Shown: positions 38,659 to 47,476 of the stretch, piece by piece
Layout of the letters: every line of letters starts with the position of its first letter
How positions within the stretch are numbered: the stretch's first letter is position 1
Assembly: GCA_043819555.1 (NCBI GenBank)
Contig: JBDREQ010000007.1
Location: 1 to 55,485 of the forward strand
DNA: 55,485 nt
Origin: Candidatus Zixiibacteriota bacterium
GTDB lineage: Bacteria; Zixibacteria; MSB-5A5; GN15; JAAZOE01
Reading direction: 5' to 3'
The notes under the pieces: generated by a model
The model's database searches: none
The model's input: only the letters and a program-made list of their open reading frames with translations
What the model was told of the DNA's origin: nothing
Position numbers and translations under genes: made by a program

Positions 38659-39651
38659 ATGAATGTACTTGATCAAATCAAAGATAAGGCCAGATCTTTG
38701 GGCCGAAGGGTAGTACTGCCGGAAGGCACCGAAGAACGCACGATCATCGCCGCAAAAGGCCTGATTGAACAAAACATCACAAAAGTTACTCTACTCGGCG
38801 AAATTGAAAAAGTAAAAATCCTTTGCGGACAAAATGGACTCGATCCGGAATCGGTTTCGATTATCCATCCTGAATCCTCACCTGATTTTGATGCTTGCGT
38901 CGAACTCCTTTTGGAACGTCGCAAAGACAAGGGTATGACCAGAGACGATGCTGCCGAACTGATGAAGCAGGAACTTTTCTTTGGGGCCGCTATGGTCAAA
39001 TCAGGCAAAGCCGACGCCTCCGTCGCCGGGGCCGTCAATACCACCGGAAACGTTCTGCGGGCGGCATTATACGTTATTGGACTGGCCGAAGGAATAAATA
39101 CTCTTTCCTCATGCTTTTTAATGACGCTGCCCAAATTTCTCGAGACCGAGGAGAAAGTCTTTACTTTCGCCGACTGCGCCGTAGTTCCCAACCCGAACCC
39201 AAAACAGCTGGCATCGATTGCGGCATCCAGCGCGGACACTATGAAAAAATTAACGGGTGAAAAACCAAAGGTGGCGTTTCTTTCATTCTCCACCAAAGGG
39301 TCCGCCAAACATAGCGACATCGATAAAGTTCTTGAAGCTCTTGAAATATTTAAAAACAAATACCCTGGCATTGAAGCCGATGGCGAATTACAGCTCGACG
39401 CCGCCGTCATCCCCAGTATAGGCCAAAGAAAAGCCCCGGGATCTGCCGTCGCGGGCAATGCCAATGTACTGATATTTCCTGATCTTGACGCAGGAAACAT
39501 CGGTTATAAATTGACTCAGCGCATGGCCGGAGCCACCGCCACCGGTCCGATTATTCAGGGCCTTGAAGTACCGGCTAACGACTTGTCACGGGGATGTTCA
39601 GCCGAAGATATCATTGATGTTTCAGCTATTGCCGTTGTTTTGAAAGGATAA
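38659..39651 (+). CDS. pta: Phosphate acetyltransferase
   Basis: VLPEG, FADCAV, LSFSTKGSA, DGELQLDAA, GNIGYK and DLSRG. Confidence 0.93.
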   Translation: MNVLDQIKDKARSLGRRVVLPEGTEERTIIAAKGLIEQNITKVTLLGEIEKVKILCGQNGLDPESVSIIHPESSPDFDACVELLLERRKDKGMTRDDAAELMKQELFFGAAMVKSGKADASVAGAVNTTGNVLRAALYVIGLAEGINTLSSCFLMTLPKFLETEEKVFTFADCAVVPNPNPKQLASIAASSADTMKKLTGEKPKVAFLSFSTKGSAKHSDIDKVLEALEIFKNKYPGIEADGELQLDAAVIPSIGQRKAPGSAVAGNANVLIFPDLDAGNIGYKLTQRMAGATATGPIIQGLEVPANDLSRGCSAEDIIDVSAIAVVLKG

Positions 39652-39654
39652 ATA

Positions 39655-40872
39655 ATGAGTCTCAGTAAATTAGCTCTTGAAATCGCCGAATCCCCAACAC
39701 TGGCGCTTAACCAGAAAGCTGGTCAATTACGTGAAGCGGGAGAGGCGGTTATACATCTCGGCGCAGGAGAACCAAAATCAAAAGTTCCCTTTGAAGCCAT
39801 TCAGGCCGCCGCCTCCAAACTTACATCCGCCGAAATCAGATACACACCGACCAAAGGGATCGCTCCCCTGATAAGCGCCATCATCAAATACACCGAAGAA
39901 AATTATAATAAAACCGTCACTTCAAATAATGTGGTCGTATCTGCCGGAGCTAAACAGGCGATATATAATTTGATGATGACTCTCCTTAATCCCAACGATG
40001 AAGTCATTATGCTTGCTCCTTATTGGGTCAGCTATCCTGAAATTATCAAAATGCTATACGGAAAACCGGTCATAGTTAATCCTCCGGACGGTACGTTTGA
40101 GCCCCGCATTCAGGATATCAACGACAAAATAGGTTCCAAAACAAAAGCAATCATCATCAATAGCCCCAATAATCCTTCGGGAGTAATGTATTCGGAAGAA
40201 CTTATCGCGGCCCTGGTCGGGTTGTGTGAGAAAAAAGGCATTTATTTAATAATGGACGACATCTATCATAAACTTATTTTTGATAATAAAAAATGGCCGG
40301 TTTGTTATGAATACGCCAAAGATAATTCTGACTCCTCCCCGCTTATTGTCGTCAACGGCGTCTCCAAAATGTATGCCATGACCGGATTTCGTATCGGCTG
40401 GACGATAGCCAATAAAGAAATTTCAAAAACAATGGTAAACGTTGCCGCCCAGAATACATCCTGTCCTTCAGTTGTGCAACAGGTAGCCGCTGTAGGAGCG
40501 CTGAACGGTGACCAGAATAATGTTGAAAATCTGCGCCTGACGCTTGAAAACAACCGCAATATTATGCTCGAAGAACTAAACTCTGTTAACGGTCTAATAA
40601 CCCATAAACCTGAAGGGACTTTCTACTGTCTTCCTGATTTCCGTGCTTATGGACAGGATTCAACCAGGATGTCAAAATTACTTCTTGAGAAGGCCCTGGT
40701 CGTTTCCGTTCCGGGCGGAGAATTCGGACTTGAAGGACACCTTCGTTTGAGCTATTGCGGTTCGATAAAAGATATCAAAGAAGGCGTCGCTCGCATCAAA
40801 TGGGTATTTGATCCCGATTCACCCGATGAAATTTATATCGGCGACAAGAAAATGAAAAGGGATTGGCTATGA
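39655..40872 (+). CDS. PLP-dependent aminotransferase class I (aspartate aminotransferase-like)
   Basis: NSPNNPSG, DDIY and SKMYAMTGFRIGW. Confidence 0.9.
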   Translation: MSLSKLALEIAESPTLALNQKAGQLREAGEAVIHLGAGEPKSKVPFEAIQAAASKLTSAEIRYTPTKGIAPLISAIIKYTEENYNKTVTSNNVVVSAGAKQAIYNLMMTLLNPNDEVIMLAPYWVSYPEIIKMLYGKPVIVNPPDGTFEPRIQDINDKIGSKTKAIIINSPNNPSGVMYSEELIAALVGLCEKKGIYLIMDDIYHKLIFDNKKWPVCYEYAKDNSDSSPLIVVNGVSKMYAMTGFRIGWTIANKEISKTMVNVAAQNTSCPSVVQQVAAVGALNGDQNNVENLRLTLENNRNIMLEELNSVNGLITHKPEGTFYCLPDFRAYGQDSTRMSKLLLEKALVVSVPGGEFGLEGHLRLSYCGSIKDIKEGVARIKWVFDPDSPDEIYIGDKKMKRDWL

Positions 40873-42530
40873 ATATAAATCATTCGGATATAAAAACTCC
40901 CGCGCAGGATAAGGCCGGAAAAATAAAAAGCGAATTTGGATTAGACACAATCGGCTTGAATAATCTTAACAACGTTTACTGGAATTTAAATACCGAAGAT
41001 TTATACGAGGAAATTCTTTATCGTGGTGAAGGCGCAAAAACGGAAGTTGGGCCAATTGTAGTTCATACCGGAGAAAGAACCGCTCGCTCCATCAATGATA
41101 GATTTATTGTTAAAGAATCAACTACAGAAAATGAGATTTGGTGGGGTGAGTACAATCGGCCATTCAGCCCTGACAATTTCAATGCTCTGACCAATCGCAT
41201 CAGGGCCTTTCTGCAGAAACGAGATGTTTTTGTTCAGGATTGTTATGCCTGCGCCGATGAAGACTATCGCCTGCCCGTGCGAGTAATTACCGAATACGCC
41301 TGGCACAGTCTTTTTGCCCGCAACATGTTGATTCGTCCGAAAACAGAACAGGAGCTTAAGCAATTCGTACCTGAGTTCACGATTATTGATGTCCCTTCTT
41401 TTTGCGCCGCACCTGAAATTGATGGAACCGCGTCAGGCGCTTTTGTTATTATTAATTTTGAGCAAAAACTATGTCTCATTGGAAACATCGGATATGCGGG
41501 TGAAATAAAAAAATCCGTGTTTTCTTTCCTGAATTATCATTTGCCTTTTGATAATGTCCTGTCCCTGCACAGCGGAGCCAATACTGACTCCAGGGGAAAT
41601 ACGGCTCTCTTTTTGGGATTGTCCGGAACCGGTAAAACCACGCTTTCCACCGATACTGTTCGAGACTTCATAGGCGATGATGAAATCGGATGGACTGACA
41701 AGGGTATATTCAACTTTGAAGGCGGCTGTTATGCCAAAACGATATTCCTCTCACCCGATGAACAGCCGCTAATCTATGATTGCTCGCGTAAATTCGGAAC
41801 CATTCTTGAGAATGTAATCTATAATCCGGAAACAAAGAACATCGACTTTAATGATTCAAGTTTAACGGAAAACGCACGCGCCGCCTATCCGGTAATCTTT
41901 GTTGATAACAATATTCCGGCTTCAATGGGCAGTCATCCAAAAAACATCTTCCTCCTTACCTGCGACGCGACCGGGGTTATGCCTCCAATTGCACGCCTGA
42001 CTCCCGAGCAGGCGATTTATTATTTTCTGTCCGGATATACTTCGAAAATCCCCGGCACAGAGATGGAACTGAGCAAAGAACCGGAGATTACATTCAGTCC
42101 CTGTTTTGCCGCGCCGTTCATGCTTCACCATCCCTGTAAATACGCTGAGATGCTGAAAAATAAAATTCTCAGATATTCTCCTCAATGCTGGCTGGTAAAT
42201 ACCGGTTGGATCGGCGGTAAATTCGGAGTTGGTAAACGCATAAGCATTCCGCAAACTCGCGCAGTTATTCATGCCGCCGCTGACGGCTCATTGGATGATG
42301 CCAAATATATTGAAGATCCCGTTTTCGGATTCAAAATCCCGGAAGTCTGCAAAGATATCCCAAAGAATATTCTATGCCCTGAGCAGACATGGGATAATCC
42401 GGATAAGTATAATGAAAAATCCCGCCGATTGGCTTTGTTGTTCGTTGAGAATTTCAAGAAGTTTGCCGATGATATGCCCCGGGAAATAATAGAAGCCGGG
42501 CCGAAATTGCCCGCAAAAGTAACCGTTTAA
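40869..42530 (+). CDS. pckA: Phosphoenolpyruvate carboxykinase (ATP)
   Basis: YAGEIKKS, GLSGTGKTTLS, GDDE and NFEGGCYAK; ATGA overlap with the upstream gene. Confidence 0.92.
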   Translation: MNINHSDIKTPAQDKAGKIKSEFGLDTIGLNNLNNVYWNLNTEDLYEEILYRGEGAKTEVGPIVVHTGERTARSINDRFIVKESTTENEIWWGEYNRPFSPDNFNALTNRIRAFLQKRDVFVQDCYACADEDYRLPVRVITEYAWHSLFARNMLIRPKTEQELKQFVPEFTIIDVPSFCAAPEIDGTASGAFVIINFEQKLCLIGNIGYAGEIKKSVFSFLNYHLPFDNVLSLHSGANTDSRGNTALFLGLSGTGKTTLSTDTVRDFIGDDEIGWTDKGIFNFEGGCYAKTIFLSPDEQPLIYDCSRKFGTILENVIYNPETKNIDFNDSSLTENARAAYPVIFVDNNIPASMGSHPKNIFLLTCDATGVMPPIARLTPEQAIYYFLSGYTSKIPGTEMELSKEPEITFSPCFAAPFMLHHPCKYAEMLKNKILRYSPQCWLVNTGWIGGKFGVGKRISIPQTRAVIHAAADGSLDDAKYIEDPVFGFKIPEVCKDIPKNILCPEQTWDNPDKYNEKSRRLALLFVENFKKFADDMPREIIEAGPKLPAKVTV

Positions 42531-42561
42531 AAACGGGATACGAGTAACAGGAGATTTTTTC

Positions 42562-42837
42562 ATGCCGACTTACCAGTACATTTGCAAACACTGCCAGCAT
42601 GAATTTGAGGAATTTCAGAGCATTGTCGAAGCGCCGATTTCAAAATGCCCTAAATGCGGAGAAAAACCCCAGCGACTGATTACCGGTGGCGCCGGATTTT
42701 TACTAAAAGGTTCCGGTTTTTATACAACTGATTACCGCTCCCCATCATACAAAAAAGACGCCGCCAATGACAAACCACCGATTCCCAAAACCGATAGTGC
42801 CAAAAAATCTGATGCACCGGCTAAAAAGAAAGATTAG
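42562..42837 (+). CDS. FmdB-family zinc-ribbon protein
   Basis: MPTYQYICKHC...CPKCG...KGSGFYTTDY. Confidence 0.9.
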   Translation: MPTYQYICKHCQHEFEEFQSIVEAPISKCPKCGEKPQRLITGGAGFLLKGSGFYTTDYRSPSYKKDAANDKPPIPKTDSAKKSDAPAKKKD

Positions 42838-42911
42838 ACCTGTCTGATATCTAAAATCCAATAAAAATCTTCGGATAAACCTTAAAATTTGAGTCAAATG
42901 CATAGAAGATA

Positions 42912-43003
42912 TTGACAAATTCACTGAAAAGTATTTTATTGTCGCAAGTGATAAGTTTCACAAAGTTGAACATAGATTTTTGAATCGAATGATAATCATT
43001 ATT
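42912..43003 (+). promoter_or_regulatory. Citrate synthase promoter with Rex/CRP-like and Fur-like boxes
   Basis: TTGACA-N17-TTTATT; AAGTGATAAGTTTCACAA at 42946-42963; AATGATAATCATTAT at 42988-43002. Confidence 0.55.
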
Positions 43004-43023
43004 ACTTAATTGGGAGGTTATAA

Positions 43024-44301
43024 ATGTCCAAATTAAAAGCCAAATTTGAGAGCCAGATTCCGGGGATGCGTGAAGAGATCAGCAGCCTCATTAAGGAACA
43101 CGGTTCCAAGGTGGTTTCCGAAGTCACTCTCAAGCAGGTCTATGGCGGTATGCGCGGCGTCCGCGGCCTGATTTGCGATACTTCTCTGGTGCCACCGGAA
43201 AAGGGTCTCATTATTCGAGGCATCCAGCTTAAAGAATTATTCGATAAGTGGCCCGAAGAAATATTCTGGCTCCTTGTCACCGGCGAGCTTCCGACCAAAG
43301 ACGAGGTCAAAGACCTGCAGAATGATTACAAACAACGCGCGGGCGTTCCCCAGTATGTCTGGGACGTTCTCCGCGCCATGCCTGCAGATTCTCACCCGAT
43401 GTGCATGCTCGACACCGGTATCCTGGCGATGGAAGGCGAATCGGTCTTCCGCAAACGCTATACCGAAGGCATGACCAAACTCGATTACTGGGAACCGACC
43501 CTCGAAGACAGTCTGCGCATTTTGGCTATCCTGCCCGAACTCGCGGCTGGTGTTTACCGCATCCGCTACAAAAAAGGCGATCTCATCGCTCCCGACCCAA
43601 AACTCGATTGGGGCGCCGATTATGCCCGGATGCTTGGTATCGCCGACCCGACCGGTATATTCGCCAAACTGATGCGCCTCTACCTGACTCTGCATTGCGA
43701 CCATGAAGGCGGAAATGTTTCGGCTCACGCCTGCCATTGCGTTGGCTCAGCCCTGTCCGACCCGTACTATTCCATTTCAGCCGGTCTCAACGGACTGGCA
43801 GGCCCTCTGCACGGTCTGGCCAACCAGGAATGCCTCAAGTGGGTTCTCGAAGTTATGAAGAAATTCAACGGAGCTCCGTCCAACGAAGAACTTGAAAAAT
43901 TCGCCTGGGAGACTCTCGAATCAGGTAAAGTAGTTCCCGGATACGGCCACGCCGTCCTGAGAATCACCGATCCTCGTTTTGACGCTTTCCTCGCCTTCGG
44001 TAAGGAATACTGCTCCGACGATCCGGTTTATCAGACCGTTGCCCGCGTCTTTGAGGTTGTCCCCGGAGTTCTGCGGCAAATCAAAAAGATTGCCGATCCA
44101 TGGCCAAACGTCGATGCCGGTTCAGGCGCTTTGTTGTACAAATTCGGCCTGACTGAATTTGAATACTACACGGTTCTCTTCTCCGTTTCACGTGCGATGG
44201 GTATGGCTTCACAGCTTATCGTTTCGCGCGCATGGGGCGAACCGATTGAGCGTCCGAAATCATCGACCACCGAATGGCTCAAAAACGCCGTCGGCGCCTG
44301 A
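43024..44301 (+). CDS. gltA: Citrate (Si)-synthase, eukaryote-like type
   Basis: YGGMRG, DHEGGNVSAH, GLAGPLHGLANQE, PGYGHAVLR, WPNVDA and IERPKS. Confidence 0.93.
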   Translation: MSKLKAKFESQIPGMREEISSLIKEHGSKVVSEVTLKQVYGGMRGVRGLICDTSLVPPEKGLIIRGIQLKELFDKWPEEIFWLLVTGELPTKDEVKDLQNDYKQRAGVPQYVWDVLRAMPADSHPMCMLDTGILAMEGESVFRKRYTEGMTKLDYWEPTLEDSLRILAILPELAAGVYRIRYKKGDLIAPDPKLDWGADYARMLGIADPTGIFAKLMRLYLTLHCDHEGGNVSAHACHCVGSALSDPYYSISAGLNGLAGPLHGLANQECLKWVLEVMKKFNGAPSNEELEKFAWETLESGKVVPGYGHAVLRITDPRFDAFLAFGKEYCSDDPVYQTVARVFEVVPGVLRQIKKIADPWPNVDAGSGALLYKFGLTEFEYYTVLFSVSRAMGMASQLIVSRAWGEPIERPKSSTTEWLKNAVGA

Positions 44302-44318
44302 GTCGTCAAATAAATATC

Positions 44319-44387
44319 TTGTAGGTCGAAACCCTTGCGGTTTCGACAAATAATTCTTGTGGGGCAGGATCCTTTCGGGGTCCTGCC
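44319..44387 (+). repeat. Two REP-like hairpins (GTAG and GTGG types)
   Basis: GTAG-GTCGAAACC...GGTTTCGAC (44319-44349, exact inverted copy at 46548-46578) and GTGG-GGCAGGATCC...GGGTCCTGCC. Confidence 0.75.
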
Positions 44388-44397
44388 TAAGTTTAAT

Positions 44398-44424
44398 AGC
44401 TCGGCAAACGCCGGGCTTTTTTTT
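44398..44424 (+). terminator. Intrinsic terminator of citrate synthase
   Basis: AGCTCGGC-AAAC-GCCGGGCT followed by a T run. Confidence 0.75.
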
Positions 44425-44465
44425 ATTTCCACAGATAGCCACACCGCGCGACAGCAAAAAAGGGA

Positions 44466-44580
44466 TGTCATCCCCGACGCGGCGATCTAAATTAATATAA
44501 AGTATAGATTGCCACACTCGCTTCGCTCGTTCGCAATGACAGAAATTGATTTTTGTGGGCGGCAGACGTCCTCGTCTGCC
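44466..44580. repeat. Palindromic repeat (GTCAT...GCGATCT...AGATTGCCAC...CGCAATGAC family, internally shortened) plus a GTGG REP
   Basis: Same family as 46644-46733 and 55285-55389; GGCAGACG/CGTCTGCC hairpin at 44561-44580. Confidence 0.7.
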
Positions 44581-44624
44581 CCTTAAAATGGGTTTGTTTC
44601 CTCAGATTAACGTTTAGGGTCATA

Positions 44625-45215
44625 TCAACTCGATGGTGATTCAGGCAAGGCAGGACGTTGTTTTTGTATCGATTCCAATTGCTGCATAGATTGAAGATGA
44701 ATCAGGAGTTGATAGGCTCGAGATATCTGGCGGTCGAGGCGCATTTCATATCGCAAAATATTAAAGGAAGTTGAGGTTTCGGGAAGAGATAGTTTTTTGA
44801 TGAGGTTGGTTCTGATGAAATCATCATCTTTTTCTTTCATTGGGTATCCGACTATTTTTGAAAGTGTTTTTGTCCTTTCCATTTTTCGTTCAATGCTGCC
44901 AAGTTGCTCAGTGATTGCAGCGGTTTCGGCACGGATTGCTCGTTGTGAACGCCAAAGACAATTGGCGATTTTTTGGACGAGACAACTTTGAAATTTGGTC
45001 ATCGGTTTGAGTTCTTCGATTAAGGCGGATAATAGAAGTTCATAATCTTCTTCGTTTTCTTTAAGATGAGGTGAGTCGATTACCAAATCTTTGGCGTAGA
45101 GACCATGCTTTGTGGGGTTGCGGGCGACTATTTCCTTGCCTTCACTAGATTTTGGACCGGTTGATTTTTGGGCATTTTGTCTATTGGCTTCGATTTGCTT
45201 TTTGCTGGTGGGCAT
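44625..45215 (-). CDS. Hypothetical protein with an N-terminal ANRxNAxKSTGP..EGK motif
   Basis: Widespread N-terminal motif of unknown function; AAGGAGG SD. Confidence 0.75.
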   Translation of the reverse strand: MPTSKKQIEANRQNAQKSTGPKSSEGKEIVARNPTKHGLYAKDLVIDSPHLKENEEDYELLLSALIEELKPMTKFQSCLVQKIANCLWRSQRAIRAETAAITEQLGSIERKMERTKTLSKIVGYPMKEKDDDFIRTNLIKKLSLPETSTSFNILRYEMRLDRQISRAYQLLIHLQSMQQLESIQKQRPALPESPSS

Positions 45216-45320
45216 ACTTCCTCCTTATAGATGGCTCCATAAAAAGAGGATATTTCTTATTTAGTAGTGAATTGGTGGGGAAAATGTGGGAGGATTTGAA
45301 TTCGTAGGAAGTGTTTTGAA

Positions 45321-46001
45321 TCAATGGATTAGGCGTGTAGAACCTATATCAATACAAAAATATTCGTCAGGTTTTACGTCGACATTTCGCCATTTATCAT
45401 TGAACTCTCTTGTCTTAGATAGCTTCAAGCTTGGACCATTTTTGGTCAATGCAAAGGAATAGCACTTTATAACAGAGTCTATTAATGATTCGTATTTGGG
45501 GCGTCTCCACTCATACCGCGCAATAATTTTAAATGAGTAATTTCGATCAATGAAAATTGGAATAAGTTCATTATCAACCACTGCATTACTAGATCCGGAT
45601 GCAATCACATAAGAACCATCTCTTGAATAATAAAATCCAATACTATCGTCAGTAATTGAGGAAATGGAAATACTATCCACATATGCTGGTGATACGCCGT
45701 TATTTTCTAAAGTGAAATATATCCTTAATGCTTCTACCCCATCTATAAATATGGGATCATATTTGGGTGATTTCTTAATATCTCCAGGCTTAATTGTCCG
45801 AATATTAAGTATTGGTCTATTGGAATACATAATGGCTTCATTTTGTTCTCGAATACTCTCTATCTGCCAAATAACGGCCCCAACTGTTAATAAAGGAGCT
45901 GCAATAGCGACTATGTTACGAACGGTCCATAATTTTCCCTTTGGCATCTTTGTAACTTCAACCGTACGATGTTTCGTCCTCCGTATTCGCCGAAAATGCA
46001 T
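45321..46001 (-). CDS. Hypothetical membrane-anchored protein
   Basis: One N-terminal TM segment and a GGAGG SD, with its own TTGCCT-N17-TATAAT promoter. The start could instead be 45947. Confidence 0.6.
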   Translation of the reverse strand: MHFRRIRRTKHRTVEVTKMPKGKLWTVRNIVAIAAPLLTVGAVIWQIESIREQNEAIMYSNRPILNIRTIKPGDIKKSPKYDPIFIDGVEALRIYFTLENNGVSPAYVDSISISSITDDSIGFYYSRDGSYVIASGSSNAVVDNELIPIFIDRNYSFKIIARYEWRRPKYESLIDSVIKCYSFALTKNGPSLKLSKTREFNDKWRNVDVKPDEYFCIDIGSTRLIH

Positions 46002-46038
46002 AACGCCCCTCCAAGAGTTTTGGATTGATTGGTCTGTA

Positions 46039-46079
46039 TTATAATGGGTTTGGTAATGTTAGGCAAGGGATATATTTTG
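46039..46079 (-). promoter_or_regulatory. 41-bp promoter module, copy 1 (copy 2 at 46585-46625)
   Basis: The copies match at 40 of 41 bases; the minus strand reads TTGCCT-N17-TATAA(T/C). Confidence 0.75.
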
Positions 46080-46174
46080 CGTGTGAATGTCATTTGGCAG
46101 GAGCCCGCTGGGCTCCTTCCCTACAAAAATAAACAGCCGGCGTATGGGGGACATGCACCGGCCTGAAGTCATTG

Positions 46175-46262
46175 AAAAAAAAGCCCGATCCCCTCAGACG
46201 GGCTTGGGTCTTTTCCCAATGATAAATATTGTCTGATGCCCAACGTTTCCGAGGGGCATGCG
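46175..46262 (-). ncRNA. Candidate small RNA or attenuator
   Basis: GTGACA-N16-TATAAT promoter (46296-46269), two hairpins and a terminator with U8. Confidence 0.45.
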
Positions 46263-46520
46263 AAATATATTATATGGGTGTGACATATAGTGTCACCTTA
46301 AAACAAAAAAACGGCCGTTTTCGAAAAAATATTTACCACCCTATGTGATTCTAACCCGCCCGGAATCGACTTCTTCCCACAATCACCACCGAATCCGTAG
46401 CTAATAGCCAAAAAAGACAGAACAAAGCCATTTTGCTATAACCGACTACGTTATATTAACATACAAGGAACTATCACAAATAAAATGTGGATAACTTCAC
46501 CAGATTGTGCAACTCAATTG

Positions 46521-46578
46521 TGTAGCGACAACTCTCGAGTTGTCGGATTGTCGAAACCGCAAGGGTTTCGACCTACAA
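46521..46578. repeat. REPIN-like doublet of inverted GTAG REPs
   Basis: GTAG-CGACAACTC-TC-GAGTTGTCG followed by an inverted GTAG-GTCGAAACC REP. Confidence 0.75.
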
Positions 46579-46643
46579 ACTACGTTATAATGGATTTGGT
46601 AATGTTAGGCAAGGGATATATTTTGTGTCTGATGGAGTAGATC

Positions 46644-46733
46644 TGTCATCGCGAGGATGCCAAAGGCCGACGTGGCGATCTGTCGTTTACAAAAACATAG
46701 ATTGCCACGCTCGTTTCACTCGCTCGCAATGAC
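46644..46733. repeat. Palindromic repeat family copy
   Basis: TGTCATCGCGAGG...GTGGCGATCT...AGATTGCCAC...CTCGCAATGAC. Confidence 0.75.
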
Positions 46734-46755
46734 GAAAACTAATTGTCGCTTTGTT

Positions 46756-47274
46756 TTACTGATAAACTTTGATATCGCCGATAAACGAACTGCAATTTAT
46801 GACCAGTCTTTTTTCGGCGGAATCATAATTGGAGGTTTTGTCTTCGCACGAAGTTATAAACCCGCCAAAACTTTTATCAAATAGAAAAACATCGCCGATG
46901 AAATTACTGGCGTGGGCTCGGACGGCGGCGTCTTTGGGAACAGTCAGGCGAACATCACCGATGAAGGTCGACACCCTGATATGATTATCGCCCGGCTGAA
47001 GTTCGATTCCGGTCAGGTCAAGATCGGTATCGTTTATAAAATAGCTGTAATTGCTTCCGCGGATAGTCCCGGTCAGGCTGGTTCGTTTGGAACCGCCAAA
47101 CGATTCGGCATGGACGTTATCGGAAGTGCTCCGGCGTGTGGATTTGTAGATCAAATAAACCCCGGCGGCAATAATCAGGCTCGGCCAAAACATCTCAAAA
47201 AGATCAATATGGAATTTATCGAGGATAAAAAGCGTCCCCAGAATGACGAGAATGACTCCGAAAATGCGATTCAT
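46756..47274 (-). CDS. LiaF/DUF2154-like cell-envelope stress membrane protein
   Basis: Two N-terminal TM helices (FWPSLIIAAG) and repeated FIGDV motifs. Confidence 0.8.
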   Translation of the reverse strand: MNRIFGVILVILGTLFILDKFHIDLFEMFWPSLIIAAGVYLIYKSTRRSTSDNVHAESFGGSKRTSLTGTIRGSNYSYFINDTDLDLTGIELQPGDNHIRVSTFIGDVRLTVPKDAAVRAHASNFIGDVFLFDKSFGGFITSCEDKTSNYDSAEKRLVINCSSFIGDIKVYQ

Positions 47275-47421
47275 AAAATCCCCCAATCAAAAGATACCGT
47301 TAAATATAATTTCTTCTTCTGTTACGAGCAATACAAAAGCCCGGTTGCACTTAATGTGAACAAAGAGAATTATTCCCCAATTGAGCAAAAACTGGATTTT
47401 ATAAAGATATTATTCAAAGAT

Positions 47422-47455
47422 AAAAAAAAGGAGGGCTTGTAGGGTAAGCCCTCCT
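47422..47455 (-). terminator. Intrinsic terminator of the porin-cytochrome operon
   Basis: AGGAGGGCTT/AAGCCCTCCT stem with a T run on the minus strand. Confidence 0.75.
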
Positions 47456-47476
47456 CTGTCCACCAATGATGTATTA

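Noticed and set aside
46351..46431. 26-aa hydrophobic minus-strand ORF as a type I toxin
   Set aside because: It has no SD, and the neighbouring candidate RNA is on the same strand and not complementary.
44300..46750. CRISPR array or integron cassette array
   Set aside because: The repeats are heterogeneous and irregularly spaced, with no constant repeat-spacer period and no cas or intI gene. I saw no convincing attC sites.
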